From Piedraia hortae CBS 480.64 (lineage: Eukaryota): a stretch of 64,000 nt of DNA. The position numbers were made by a program, and so were the translations under genes. Of the stretch, positions 1-11,216 are shown piece by piece. Below the pieces are notes generated by a model. That model did not search any database and was not told the origin of the DNA. It was given only the letters and a program-made list of their open reading frames with translations. The stretch covers positions 424,270 to 488,269 of the forward strand of contig MU005959.1 of the NCBI GenBank assembly GCA_010093745.1, written 5' to 3'. The first letter of the stretch is position 1, and each line of letters begins with the position of its first letter.

Positions 1-639
1 TTAAAGTCCATCATCCTGGGACTGATGTTCCCCCCTGCTGTTAGCTTTTCACCGGCAGGAAAAGTCGTAGTAGCAGGGCAATGGACGAGAACTGCATGGA
101 GGTGGAGAGCGAAGATCGAAACGCTTGATTTTGATCTTTACTGGCCAAATGGCCAGGCTGTTGTTCGTGCGCCATTCTCCGAAAATCACGTGGAGGACGG
201 CCAGAACGTAGAACCTTCCGTAGGGCAGTGGTTCGAAGCACATTACCCTGAATTTCCAGTCTATAAGCCGAATTTTTGCACAACCTTCCCTCCCTGGAAT
301 ATTCGGAAAAACTGGGCTTCTTACGGGGGTTGTGACGTGTTCCCCAGCTCATACCCCGTAATACCATACCATGCCTTCTGGGAGGATAGCATAGTATTCG
401 GGGCTCATGTGGACAAATTGACCGTCATAAGGTTCAAAAGCGAGTGGCTTGCCAAAGTAAGAGAGCTTCAGCAATATTGTTACTGTGCGGAAAGATGGAT
501 TAAGGACCCTCCATTTCGGCCACTCCCGGACAACGATAGTGACGCTGAGGAGGGTCCTTCAGAAACGACCTCTTCAGAGGAAGAAGGCCCTCCAGAAGTA
601 AGCCAGTCAAATGGAGATTCTTCAACAGAGGACAGATGA
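1..639 (+). CDS. Hypothetical protein, probably 5'-truncated by the window edge, acidic C-terminal tail
   Basis: The frame is open from position 1 (LKSIILGLMFPP...) to TGA at 639. No family motif recognised. Confidence 0.45.
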   Translation, partial: LKSIILGLMFPPAVSFSPAGKVVVAGQWTRTAWRWRAKIETLDFDLYWPNGQAVVRAPFSENHVEDGQNVEPSVGQWFEAHYPEFPVYKPNFCTTFPPWNIRKNWASYGGCDVFPSSYPVIPYHAFWEDSIVFGAHVDKLTVIRFKSEWLAKVRELQQYCYCAERWIKDPPFRPLPDNDSDAEEGPSETTSSEEEGPPEVSQSNGDSSTEDR

Positions 640-2848
640 ACGAAAAGCCATCTGTGCGAGGGTCAGGTTGTTATGAGATGAGCATGTACTGTTGTTGAAC
701 AATGGTAAACTACATGTACGTATGGAAACATCCAGCTCCACTGATGGGCTTTATGATTTTGATTGAAATCGTACACGAGAACAACGCCGTCCATCTCCCT
801 CACAAAGCCACTTACGTCCCTCCGCAATTGGAGTGGGAAACGTCTGACAAGGCTTATCTGATTCCAGCTCTTGAGAACTTCTTTTGCGCCTGGCGGAATG
901 GAAGGAGGCACGAAAACCTATTGCAGCAAGGTTGGAAGGCGGAGGCTGATAGTTCGATGCGCACTCGTGATGCAACTAACTCTCGGTGCCAGCACCTCGG
1001 AAAAGAATTCCCTTGCTTCGGGTGCGGCAGTCTGCGTCGTCTGGGCAAGGATCTTGTTTGCGTTATGGGTGGGCGATATCGCACATTGAACGGCGCGAAG
1101 TCCTGGCATGGTGAGGGCGAGCATTGTCGCAGCAACATAAGACCAGGATATGATTTCTGTTACTCGACGCTTGGTAACATTCAATGCTCAGCATCAGCGC
1201 AACGATTGGTGTGGAAGGAGCCGGGGACCACGCTGCATACGTTGCAGAGGGGGCGAAGGTGGATTACGACTGTTTGTCGTAGATCGTAGATGATGAATGG
1301 AGCGTTATGTTGTGGACAAATGTATGCTTCGACTTCATGGACAGCAGCATCGCACAGATTGACCCTTTTGCCTCGGATGCTTCTAATACACACACAAATC
1401 GTTGTGACTTCCATCTAACTTCCTTAAGATGTGTCAAGAACTCTCTATGCGAAAAGATAATCAGGCTATTGACTCTTCCTCTGGCTTGCTTTTACCAACT
1501 GGCCCATTCTCGAGGTCTAGAGGCCAAGCATGGGCTGCATGATGGTGGCAATGCCGTATGATGAGAGAATGGGTCACGATTTGGCCTTTTAAGTGGACCT
1601 TTTCACCAGAGATCGTCTTGGAACAATGTCACGATTCGTGATCCAACGGTGCACTCTTAATCCCAGGCTCAATATCAAGCACATTTACTTTTCCATAGCC
1701 ATATGTCCATCGTATCTTGTGGGCTCTTGACAGCATGTGCTGATGATATCCTGGACTCAGCCGTATTAGTTAATTTTCTCAACAGCATAATGTTTTTCAG
1801 CTGCTGTGACGCGTCGATCGCATCTGCACCCTCTAAGCAACCCTCCACTCCTGTTCAACACCAATGTCGTTCATTATTCCATAATGATATGTTCGTCATT
1901 TCGCGTCAATTTAAGACGACATATGATAATGATATCATCTGGGCAATCATATCTTCGTTATATGCTGGGAATATGCTGGAGATATGATGCGTGGCTGGCC
2001 GTGTAACATCAACACTTCTCCCTAGAAAGAAACAAAAACCACAGACCTTAAGTTCGAACTTAGGTTCCATCCTCAGAAGACATCCAAACTTCCCCTTCCC
2101 CATCGCAAGCACGGACGCGGTAACAACATGCGCAGGATCAGTATCCACCCCACCTAAAACCGTTCACTTCATCTTTCTCACAACCTCACACCAACGAGTC
2201 AGCGCCTACCTGTGCGAACTTTCTAACTTCCCTCGTAGGCCTAATCTGTCCCCAGCGATCAAAGAACTCCACAGGGCTTAGGGACGCGGTGGGTGGGGAA
2301 TCTGTAAGATGATCGGAGGGGGACGTTGTGGGCCGGCGCAGGGCGAGAGGTAAAATCACGTTCTCAACCCCATATTAATATAATCTAATGGAGCTAGCCA
2401 ATATCATTAACAACATATCCGCGCCATCATTTGGTATGAGTTGATCCGAGTCAGGTTCGATTCCACCTCAACCTCTCAGATGATGTAAAACTTCTGGTGT
2501 GAGATTGACTGGTAGAGGTGCTCTGATGATCTCAAAATTCTGACATGAGAAACCATGAGCTGTCATATACAAAGTCGACTTCCTCGAGCGTGCTGAAGAA
2601 AAGATTGAATACCCAGTGTCGTCCTTGGTTTCAGGAAAGACACAGGACACTCCCGCTGTTCCATTGTAATATCTTGTGCTGTGGGTCATGCAGAAGCTTC
2701 ACACACTAGCGTGAACCTTAATTTTCTGAATTCACGAATTGTCCTGAGAAGGGAGGCCGGAAGAGCTGAGTGGATGATGATGTGATCAGGTTGTTCAGCC
2801 GCACAGTATCTGCAGTGTGATATCACGCTGCAGCCAGGCGACTCATCA

Positions 2849-3152
2849 TGTCAGAAGGATGTGGCACCCACCATGACCAGGACCTTAGCCAAAAGTCGAA
2901 ACTTCTCAGGGTTTTTACTCCTATAGAGGAAGTTTCTCATGAGACGGGCCATTGTCTCGTTCATGCTTAAGGGCATGGCTTGCTGACGTTGTCCTGGCGA
3001 ATGAGATTAGACTGAGGTAGTGTGGAGACGGTTACGAACCTCACCTCACACAGAGATAGACATCGACATTCACCTTTTGGTCAGAGTTGAGTGCACAAAT
3101 TTGTCTTTGATTTACGTTCCGCTTTAGCCCTCGGAGGTTCACCCCTTCGACA
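2849..3152. mobile_element. Solo LTR, copy 1 (304 bp)
   Basis: Begins TGTCAGAAGG and ends CCTTCGACA (TG...CA, imperfect terminal inverted repeat). Aligns end to end with 22999-23305. Flanks catca/atatc give no clean TSD. Confidence 0.8.
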
Positions 3153-3180
3153 ATATCAACATGCAGATTCACATTGTATT

Positions 3181-3267
3181 GAATTCACCCCGTAGCAAGG
3201 ATCCCTGGTCCATTTCGAATTGTTCATAGATTTTCACGAAAATTTCCGCAGGAAGCTCAGAGGGTAC
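3181..3267 (-). pseudogene. F-box gene relic
   Basis: Minus strand translates VPSELPAEIFVKIYEQFEMDQGSLLRG, an F-box start similar to LSNFSAEALVSIFQQLETDLGSL in 21923-22213. Truncated next to the solo LTR. Confidence 0.55.
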
Positions 3268-4615
3268 ATATGCAACAAGGGGGGGTGTATCGTTGAAAAT
3301 TGCCCGAAGCTGCAGTGTGGATATGTGGGCAGGCACTATGTGCGGAGGATAGTGTTAAAAGGTTATGGTGACTGCCCCGGGATGCCGTCAAGTCTGGCAG
3401 GAATGATGTTGTGGCGATGCAAGGTATCTACTTCGCTTGTTCGACAAACAAACGGAGACAAAGTTTGTCTGTTCTTCCGGGTTTCCCTATACAGGTGGAT
3501 AGCCCCCCGAGAATGAAATCTACGGTTCCTACCTCACGTTCTATCAGATAGCACTCGAGTTTGGGAATTGTCAGACGCCGGCCCAAGGTAAATAGGGCAC
3601 AAGACTTTTGAAGATGTTTTTCTTGGGGCGCGGCCACTTCACAGGACGTCATCACGGCGAGTGTGGTTCGGTTCGGGTGGTACCGGAACGTTGGGGCAGT
3701 CTTGGCAAAGCCATCTCCCCTAGTTGAAGGATATGTCACGTGATGACCATGAACATTGTCCCCTCATGTATACAGTATAGGTAACTATACATACATTGGC
3801 GTCTCGGTGTACTCACACTATCAGTTCGTCCCCTTTAACCCCCCTTCACTTCCTCTTTTCCAAGGACACGCAGATGTAAATAAGGAACTGCTGGAAATTC
3901 GGAGAGCGACCTTGTGATCTGGGACGAGGGTTGATATGATCGGGCCCGGGATCGAAAAAGAGACCGGAAGGTATACCAATGACGGCAGTTCGGAAGATGC
4001 AGTGTGGAGAACTGGAAGGACCAGTGTGCGGAGGAGATGACTTTGTGCGCGGAATGTGTTTGAGGTTATATGCTTTGGAAATCCAGCCGGATGTTTGATA
4101 GTGTGCGTGAGTACCTTCCTTATTCACACCCCTGCCCCACATTCCCACCCAGCCGAATTGGAATCCTCCACGTTGACCCGCCACGTCATCTAACCTCCCA
4201 ATTTGCGTCTTGAGGTGCTGACGCACACTTGAAATCTTTCAGTCTCTTCCATAAATAGACACGCGTGCAAGTTTGAGCTGGACTCGCAAAAGCTGCCGTG
4301 TAGCCAGCAGCGCCTATTGGTCGCAAAGCTTGATTTCACGCACTGTATCTGACTGGGAACACAATCGTATGTGGCCTCCCATTAAGTCCGTCATGGTTTA
4401 GAACTGAGCAAACTAAGTCTTTGGCAGAAAAGGAGGTTCGAAATGATATATTAAAGCGAGTAAGCTATCGTCCATATTCATTCTCCCACAGTGAAGCCGT
4501 TCCCATTTGTCTGATCCAAAGCAGCAGATGAAGCCGAGCAAAAGAAAGACATGGGACGCAAACACGGGCCATCATTCGCAAAGGAACTGGCAAACAACTA
4601 CAAATCATACCCCCT

Positions 4616-6527
4616 TTACTCTGCAGTCAAAATGCCATACTGGCCGCCTGGAAACGCGCCAACGACCTTGACATCGCGAATGGCCGTGTTATCGATGAGC
4701 GTAGCTTCTTCAACGACGTCGTCTGATCCAGTCCCGGTCTGGTAGCAGGTCGAAAAACCCCACGAGTAAACTTTTCCATTGTCGGTGATTGCAAACGAGG
4801 TTTCACTATTGGCAGCAACAGATACGACTTTTCCGGTGATGGCGGTGACTTTGGTGGGCCTCTTGACCATGCGCGGGAGGCCAGTTTCGGATTTGACAAC
4901 CACCTTGGGGGAGGGTAACTCTTTGATCTGCGCCATGGAGATACCCAGCTGGCCATTGTCGACCTTGCCCCAGGTGTAACAGTCGCCATCAGAGCTAGCT
5001 GCAATGGAGTGATGGCTGCCGCCATCGATGCTGACGATCTTGACACCCATGTCGATGAACGCCGCAATAGGCTTGGCGGGCGCAATGGCCGCATCGTCCT
5101 CGCCGGCTCCCTCAGGCTGGCCGGTTGCACCGACGCTATTGAGACCCCAGCTTTCCACGACTCCCGTTTTGGTGATGGCGAAGCTATGATAAGCGCCCGA
5201 GGCAAGAGCAATGACGCCGTTCTTAGATCCCTTGGGTAAGCCAAACTGACGTGGCCTGAGCAACTCATCGTGGGACTGGACTGAGCGGCCATCCACCAGA
5301 CGACGCCCCAGTTGACACGTGTCACCAGTGCCCCAGGCCCAGGTCGCGCCGGAAGAGTCAAGGGCTAGACAATGGTCGGCACCGGCGGCAATCTGGGTGA
5401 CCTTCTTCAGATTAGGGATCAGTACAGGGCGATTGGCCTGCGCCATTCCGGGCAGAAACGACTTGTCACCGGCCTTGTTGCGGAAGGTGCCCCAGCCGTA
5501 GACGAGGCCATCGTCTGTCAAGGCGAGGCTGCACGAGTCGCTGGCCGCTACCTGGGCCCAACGCGTGCCCTCTGAGACCTGCGTGCCCGAGAAGTCAACT
5601 TCGCCCGGCACAGACTCGTGCGGGTTGAGGCCATTATCGGCGTTGTCGTCGTCGGAGTCGCTATCATCATTCTTATCCATATCCCTTAATCCGCCGGCCC
5701 ACGTTGTGTCGCGGCCAAGGGCGCCAGTGTCATTGATGCCCCAAGAGAGGATCCTATTATCGGCAGTCAGTGCGAGAACGTGCATGCCCCCGGCCGCAAT
5801 CTGCACCACGCCAACCTTGGTCTGATCAAGATTAGGATTGAGACGCGGACGCTTGACGTCCACAGCGTTCTTAGCGGTGCCCAGCCCGAGTTCTCCAGCC
5901 GTGCCTTCACCGAAGACATAGACCTTGAGACGATGCGTCGGCGGCTCATTAATGGTCGGGCCTTTGACAAGCGGTTTGACCTTGGCGGCTGGCTTGGTTT
6001 TGGGCGCAGCCTTTTCCTTGGGGGCGGGTTTGGCCTTTGAAGCAGCTTTGGCCGTCTTTGGAGCGGCTTTTGCAGCAGCTTTGGCCTTTTTGCGCGGTGC
6101 AGGCTCCTCTTCTTCAGATTCAGATGACTCCTCCGATTCCTCGGGTTCAACCTTTCGCTTGCGCTTGCCCGTCGCGGGCTTCAGGGTCCTAGCACTCTGG
6201 AGAGCGCCTTTCCTGGCAGGTGGAGGCTTGGAGTCCCTGGTGGCTTTTGGCGCGGCTGATGCGGTGGCCTTTGCGGCTACCTTGGTGGCTTCAGTCGCTG
6301 CAGCTGCGCGAATCAGTATTCATGTCAGCCTCAGTTCCAAAACGCGTACCTTTGGTAACAAGCGCTTCATGCTCATCAGGCACAGCCTTCTTTGCAGCAG
6401 CTGCAGGGTATTAGTGGAACGCTGGAGCTTGAAAAGGCGCGTAAAACTTACCGGCACGCGTGGGCCGGACTTTGGCCTTTGCATTGGCATCCACGGTGGT
6501 GGTAGCAGCAGCTTTCTTGGGAGGCAT
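4616..6527 (-). CDS. RCC1: RCC1/Pim1/Srm1 Ran guanine-nucleotide exchange factor (3 exons, 604 aa)
   Basis: ATG at 6527. GT-AG introns 6451-6401 and 6349-6304 keep the frame. Lys/Ala-rich N-tail, then RCC1 repeats (VYVFGEGTAGELGLG, IAAGGMHVLAL, WGINDTGALGR). Confidence 0.93.
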
Positions 6528-6947
6528 TTTGAGAAAAGAGTGGTGTAGAGGATATGATGTTGGAGAATGCATGAGCGGGAAGGTTGGGCTGGGCAAAATT
6601 TGGACCTGGCTGTTACTGCGCGTCTCACGGGACAGGCCGCACATTCCCCCAACAACAACAACAACACGGGCAACCAATCACCTCGCGCAGCCACATACTC
6701 ATTCTTTCTTTGTAACGCTTGACGTGGTGTGATATTCCGGAGGCAGATGCACCAAGCACCTCATTGGAAACACTCCATTGAAAGGCGGCTCGTCGCATTC
6801 TTCTCATTGCCTACGCGCGCCCAGTGCTGCCAAGGCTCTTGGCTATGTCTACAGAGTCTGTCGCTTATCTGACTCGAGGTGGGCCCACAACACCTGACCA
6901 ATGAGATGACGCTCGGCAGCGCACATAGATCTTACATGGTCACATCA

Positions 6948-8330
6948 TCAATCTTTCGCCTCAGCTATCTGCACAGTGATTTCCCATGTTTCACCCAGCC
7001 TCTGCCTGATCAAGCTTGTGATCCTCTGCCTCAATCGTGCCCACTCATCTGCAGTATCATGTCCACAAGCCAAGCATTGCAGTTTCAGATTCGCCATGCA
7101 AAGGCCATAGTGAACCTGCCACATTTTGACCTCTTCCACCTTGGTCACGCTGCCAGTTCGCTCAATGTCGCTAATGATATCCTGCACAGCTAGTCTGTCG
7201 TGCTTTCGAGGGCGGTACGACATCAACAACATCGACGCCAGCATCGAGCCTAAACGCACACCAAAGGCAATCATCAAGCCTGCCACAATGAATGAGAGCA
7301 GCAAATCATAGGTTTTGTAGTGAGCTCCGCTAAGGCTGGGAAGAAAGAGCAGTAGGACCGAGCATGAAAGGGTGAGCACATGTGAAGGATTATTCACAAT
7401 GCGGCTCCAGGATGCAATCCGCTCAAGGCGCATGGCACGTCCTATGCGCGCATGGTTCTGAAGCAGGACGGCAGAGACGATAGTGCTTAGCATAGCTAGC
7501 AGTGTATCTGTGCTGACAACGGCAGTCGTGACTTGCCGGTGAGAGTGTGGCGAATGGGATTGGTGTTGGCCCAAGTTCTCCAGCGAGTGCTTGGTGCCAT
7601 GAGATATGATGTCGAGGCCCATGAAACCAATGAAAACGGCCAAAGCGAAGCCCGCAAGCACATCAGCGCGCTCAAGGCCAAAGGGGTGCTTGATCGAACT
7701 CCTCTTCCACACTTCAAAATTGCCCATGACGTCGACGGCTACGCACACCGAGGCTCCCGCCGCGTCAAACAACAAAAGCCTAGACAATGCTGTCATGGCA
7801 AGAGATGATCGACCAGAGTACTGGACAAACGAAGCAATGAGGAAATGACAAACGCACCAGACCAGTCGCACTGTCTGGGATGGAGTCAGACTCCGCCAAG
7901 CCTCGCTGCGCGTGGGCACGGGTAGAGATTGCGGAACGGTCAACGGGCTTTTCACAGGCGGTGGCCGCACAATAGCATCCATGTGGGAGACATGGATTGA
8001 GGAATGGCGGTACTTGTGTCCCTTTCGACGTTCCAATGCTTCATGGGACACTTTGCCCTTCAGACTGCTGCCAACAGTGTATTGTTGGGGAACAAAATTG
8101 AACGGATTCCTGACAGGAGCATCTTGACCATTACTTGTTGAGCTGGATGACGTGGCAGGGCGAAGATTCCCAGACGAATTGCTGCTGCGCTCGGGCATCG
8201 ACACATGCGTGAGACCAGCGTGGACATCATAGTCTAGGGAAGTCTGGATGGTTGGAGTGGGAGAAACATCGAAAGCATAGCTTGGCTTCTCCAGCGGCGG
8301 AGATTCCGATCGCGAGGGCGAAGAGGCCAT
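6948..8330 (-). CDS. ZRG17: Cation diffusion facilitator, Zrg17-like ER zinc transporter subunit
   Basis: RRKGHKYRHSS motif, SSIKHPFGLERADVLAGF, several TM helices, His-rich loop and C-terminal WQVHYGLCMANLKL. Start taken at MASSPSRS (8330). Confidence 0.82.
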   Translation of the reverse strand: MASSPSRSESPPLEKPSYAFDVSPTPTIQTSLDYDVHAGLTHVSMPERSSNSSGNLRPATSSSSTSNGQDAPVRNPFNFVPQQYTVGSSLKGKVSHEALERRKGHKYRHSSIHVSHMDAIVRPPPVKSPLTVPQSLPVPTRSEAWRSLTPSQTVRLVWCVCHFLIASFVQYSGRSSLAMTALSRLLLFDAAGASVCVAVDVMGNFEVWKRSSIKHPFGLERADVLAGFALAVFIGFMGLDIISHGTKHSLENLGQHQSHSPHSHRQVTTAVVSTDTLLAMLSTIVSAVLLQNHARIGRAMRLERIASWSRIVNNPSHVLTLSCSVLLLFLPSLSGAHYKTYDLLLSFIVAGLMIAFGVRLGSMLASMLLMSYRPRKHDRLAVQDIISDIERTGSVTKVEEVKMWQVHYGLCMANLKLQCLACGHDTADEWARLRQRITSLIRQRLGETWEITVQIAEAKD

Positions 8331-8514
8331 TGTGCTCTCGCCCTCTCGCCCTCCACGATTGAGGTGACGTCTCTCGGTGAAACCGCGGGGGCATGTGAAA
8401 CGTCGCGGATGAAAGCGGGAAGTGGGGCTGCCGTTGGAGCTAGCCAACGTTGACAAGGTTTGACAGGGGGCGTAAATCCTAGTACCCACTTAACCAACGG
8501 GTTCGTTCTCCGTC

Positions 8515-9591
8515 ATGGAGGACGCTGCGGTCGCAGCTACGCCGCGTGACGGCAGACGACAGACGCTTTCATCTCCAGCAAAATCGGAACATGAGCCTGA
8601 GGTTTCTTCTCCTGCAAAGGTGGGTCGGAAGCGGGGACTCTCCGGCTCTCTTATTCAGAAACTGAACCATCTTCGCGGTGAGCATGGTCGGTTGGCAAGC
8701 GATGCAGATGTACAGAAGAACCTCATGCACGTTAAAAGCATCGACGATGATGCGCCGGCAACATCTCCAATTTCGCCTCAGGCTGAGTTGGACGATCGAA
8801 GACCAGCGCTTGTGCAGTCCAGGAAGAGTTCTCTGCGGAAGACAGCAATCATGGCTGGCCGCAAGATTGTAGCCGAGGGCAGAGAGCGGAGGAATAGCCT
8901 TTCAACTAAGAGTCTGCTTGGGCGATTGCCACTGCAACAGCCTCGCCAAGTGGATGTTGGCCCGTCAAAGCAAGAGGACAAATCGACTCTCAACGCATTA
9001 CGGATAAATCTTGAAGAACAGCGCGTGCTGTCCGAGACCAACAGTGTCCCCAAAGTGTCAATGGCCAACGTGCTGGGTAGCCCCTTGGAGATTGCATCTC
9101 CAACCAGTTACGCTTCAACAACTGACGACGACGATGCATCCACAACCGACGTTTCCTCAGCAACTAAGGCCCCGCCAGCAAGGTCGTATTTTCCGCCCAT
9201 TGTAACGACTCATAAACCCGCTTCTCCTACCCACCCTCCTCGCTCCCCGCTGAGCCACGCTGTCAGCAACTCATCACTTTATACGCCGTCAGGATCAATC
9301 CACTTGACACGTCACGACTACAGCGAGACAGAGTACTGGGGGTGGGTGATTCTGGTTGTTACTTGGATCACTTTCACGGTCGGCATGGGCTCGTGTCTGG
9401 GCATTTGGAGCTGGGCGTGGGATGTGGGAGAGACGCCCTACGCACCGCCCGAGCTGGAGGACGATCCTACACTGCCGATAGTTGGCTACTATCCCGCACT
9501 GATGGTTTTGACGGGCGTTGTGGTCTGGGTTTGGGTCACGGTGGCTTGGGTGGGTATGAAGTACTTTCGGCATGCCAAGATCGAAGTTTAA
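8515..9591 (+). CDS. PIG-Y-domain membrane protein (GPI-GlcNAc transferase subunit Y-like) with long disordered N-terminus
   Basis: C-terminal two-TM module YWGWVILVVTW...YYPALMVLT...WVGMKYFRHA. Confidence 0.78.
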   Translation: MEDAAVAATPRDGRRQTLSSPAKSEHEPEVSSPAKVGRKRGLSGSLIQKLNHLRGEHGRLASDADVQKNLMHVKSIDDDAPATSPISPQAELDDRRPALVQSRKSSLRKTAIMAGRKIVAEGRERRNSLSTKSLLGRLPLQQPRQVDVGPSKQEDKSTLNALRINLEEQRVLSETNSVPKVSMANVLGSPLEIASPTSYASTTDDDDASTTDVSSATKAPPARSYFPPIVTTHKPASPTHPPRSPLSHAVSNSSLYTPSGSIHLTRHDYSETEYWGWVILVVTWITFTVGMGSCLGIWSWAWDVGETPYAPPELEDDPTLPIVGYYPALMVLTGVVVWVWVTVAWVGMKYFRHAKIEV

Positions 9592-9686
9592 GCCAATCAG
9601 AGGTCCGTCCTGCACAACCCTCGGCATGACGTATTCCGGCCAAAACACCCACCACTCATCTCGATGTGTGTTTACACCAGCAACAA

Positions 9687-11147
9687 ATGTCAACTCCCCT
9701 CGAAATCGCAAAACTGCTTGTGCCGCAGATCCCTAACTTGACCGTTGCGGCTATCAATCACTCCCTGGGCCGTAACCAGACATCATCCAAATGGACACTT
9801 CGCATGACTATTGGCGTAGAAATACTCCGGAAAATGGTACGCAACGCAGACACGAGCAAGAGCCTGGCTGCAACGCAGGCGGTCACTCTACGCGATTCGG
9901 GAATACCAAGCAACGTCTGGGTTGCAAAGGACACATTTCCCGTTCCTGAGACCAATAACCTGTGCGAAGCCACCTACGACGCCATTCAGGCTTTGAAAAC
10001 CACTCCAGAGGAGCTGAAACTCAGCCAAACACCCAACCTTAAACCAGTCCAAGTAGAATGGACGACACCGTCTTGGACCGGCAAACCTCTGCCTGAAGGA
10101 TTCAGCGAAAGTGACAAATTCGCCAAGCTTCACAACACACCAGAACCTATGGTAATCCTCTATTTCCACGGCGGCGCATACTACCTCTGTGATCCATGTA
10201 CCCACCGAGGCTTCGTAGCAAAGCTCGCCTCGCCATCAAACGCAATCGTATGTAGCGTACGCTATCGTCTTGCGCCGCAGTCTGCTTTCCCCGAACAACT
10301 TCTCGATGCTCTACTAGCCTACCTAACCCTTTTACACCCTCCTAAAGGGTCCCTTCACGACGCCATCCCACCCTCAAGGATCGTCTTCGCAGGCGACAGC
10401 GCGGGCGGGAATCTCGTCTTCGCCCTCCTACAGCTCCTCCTCCAGTTCCAACGCACAGGTACAAAAGTCCGCTTCGGCGAAGGCGAAGGCTCACCAATCC
10501 CCCTCCCCGCAGGCGCAAGTGCCAATTCAGGCTGGTTTGACATTGCGCGCGCCCTTCCCTCTGGAGCCAGAAACGCAGACTGGGATTTCCTACCCCTGCC
10601 CAACCACGACGGGGATATCAACTCAAGACCCTCCCAACCTAACGAGGAAGAGCGGCCCGGTAAAGCTCAAATCTGGCCTACCAACCCCCCACGAGGGGAT
10701 TTATTCTGCGATTTGGAACTACTCGACCACCCCCTCGTCTCCCCCACAGCGGCAGCGGACTGGAAGGGCGCCCCACCAATGTACCACTGCGTGGGAGAGG
10801 AGATGTTGGAAGATGATATCAGGACCCTTGCGAAGCGAGCCGCTGAGCAGGGCGTAGCAGTTCAACTAGATGCGTTTGAGGCTATGCCGCATTGTTTCGC
10901 ACTGACGGCTCCGGATGGGACGCCGTTGGCGAATGTGTGTATGGATTCTTGGGCGAGGTTTTGTGCTCGGCCAGGACATGAGGGATGTAGGGGTCGGTTT
11001 TGGGATGTTAAGTCTAGGTCCAAGGAGTTTGATGTAGCTACGTGTACGGATCTGACGGTTGAGAAGGCGAGGAAGTACATGAATGAGGTTAAGGTGAGGA
11101 GGATTAAGGCGTTTAGGGAGGGTAGGACTAGTGGGATGGGGTTGTAG
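9687..11147 (+). CDS. Alpha/beta hydrolase of the hormone-sensitive-lipase family (lipase/esterase)
   Basis: YFHGGAY oxyanion motif, YRLAPQ, GDSAGG nucleophile elbow and MPHCF catalytic His. Confidence 0.9.
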   Translation: MSTPLEIAKLLVPQIPNLTVAAINHSLGRNQTSSKWTLRMTIGVEILRKMVRNADTSKSLAATQAVTLRDSGIPSNVWVAKDTFPVPETNNLCEATYDAIQALKTTPEELKLSQTPNLKPVQVEWTTPSWTGKPLPEGFSESDKFAKLHNTPEPMVILYFHGGAYYLCDPCTHRGFVAKLASPSNAIVCSVRYRLAPQSAFPEQLLDALLAYLTLLHPPKGSLHDAIPPSRIVFAGDSAGGNLVFALLQLLLQFQRTGTKVRFGEGEGSPIPLPAGASANSGWFDIARALPSGARNADWDFLPLPNHDGDINSRPSQPNEEERPGKAQIWPTNPPRGDLFCDLELLDHPLVSPTAAADWKGAPPMYHCVGEEMLEDDIRTLAKRAAEQGVAVQLDAFEAMPHCFALTAPDGTPLANVCMDSWARFCARPGHEGCRGRFWDVKSRSKEFDVATCTDLTVEKARKYMNEVKVRRIKAFREGRTSGMGL

Positions 11148-11216
11148 GATTTCTGGGACTACAATTTTTCCGGCTACGAACAAAGGGCTGGTGTTACAAC
11201 GAAAGGACGAACCGGC

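Noticed and set aside
702..1289. 195-aa plus-strand ORF
   Set aside because: No motif and atypical composition; it lies in a decayed island and is probably spurious.
2433..2470. GGTTCGATTCC B-box-like motif suggesting a tRNA or SINE
   Set aside because: No cloverleaf stems or convincing A-box around it.
2478..2530. Box C/D snoRNA-like ATGATGT...CTGA
   Set aside because: Imperfect C box, too short, and no recognisable guide.
2895..2995. Hammerhead ribozyme in the LTR (CGAAAC stem ... CTGAC)
   Set aside because: The CUGANGA core is not satisfied (CUGACGU), and stems I/II cannot be formed in both copies.
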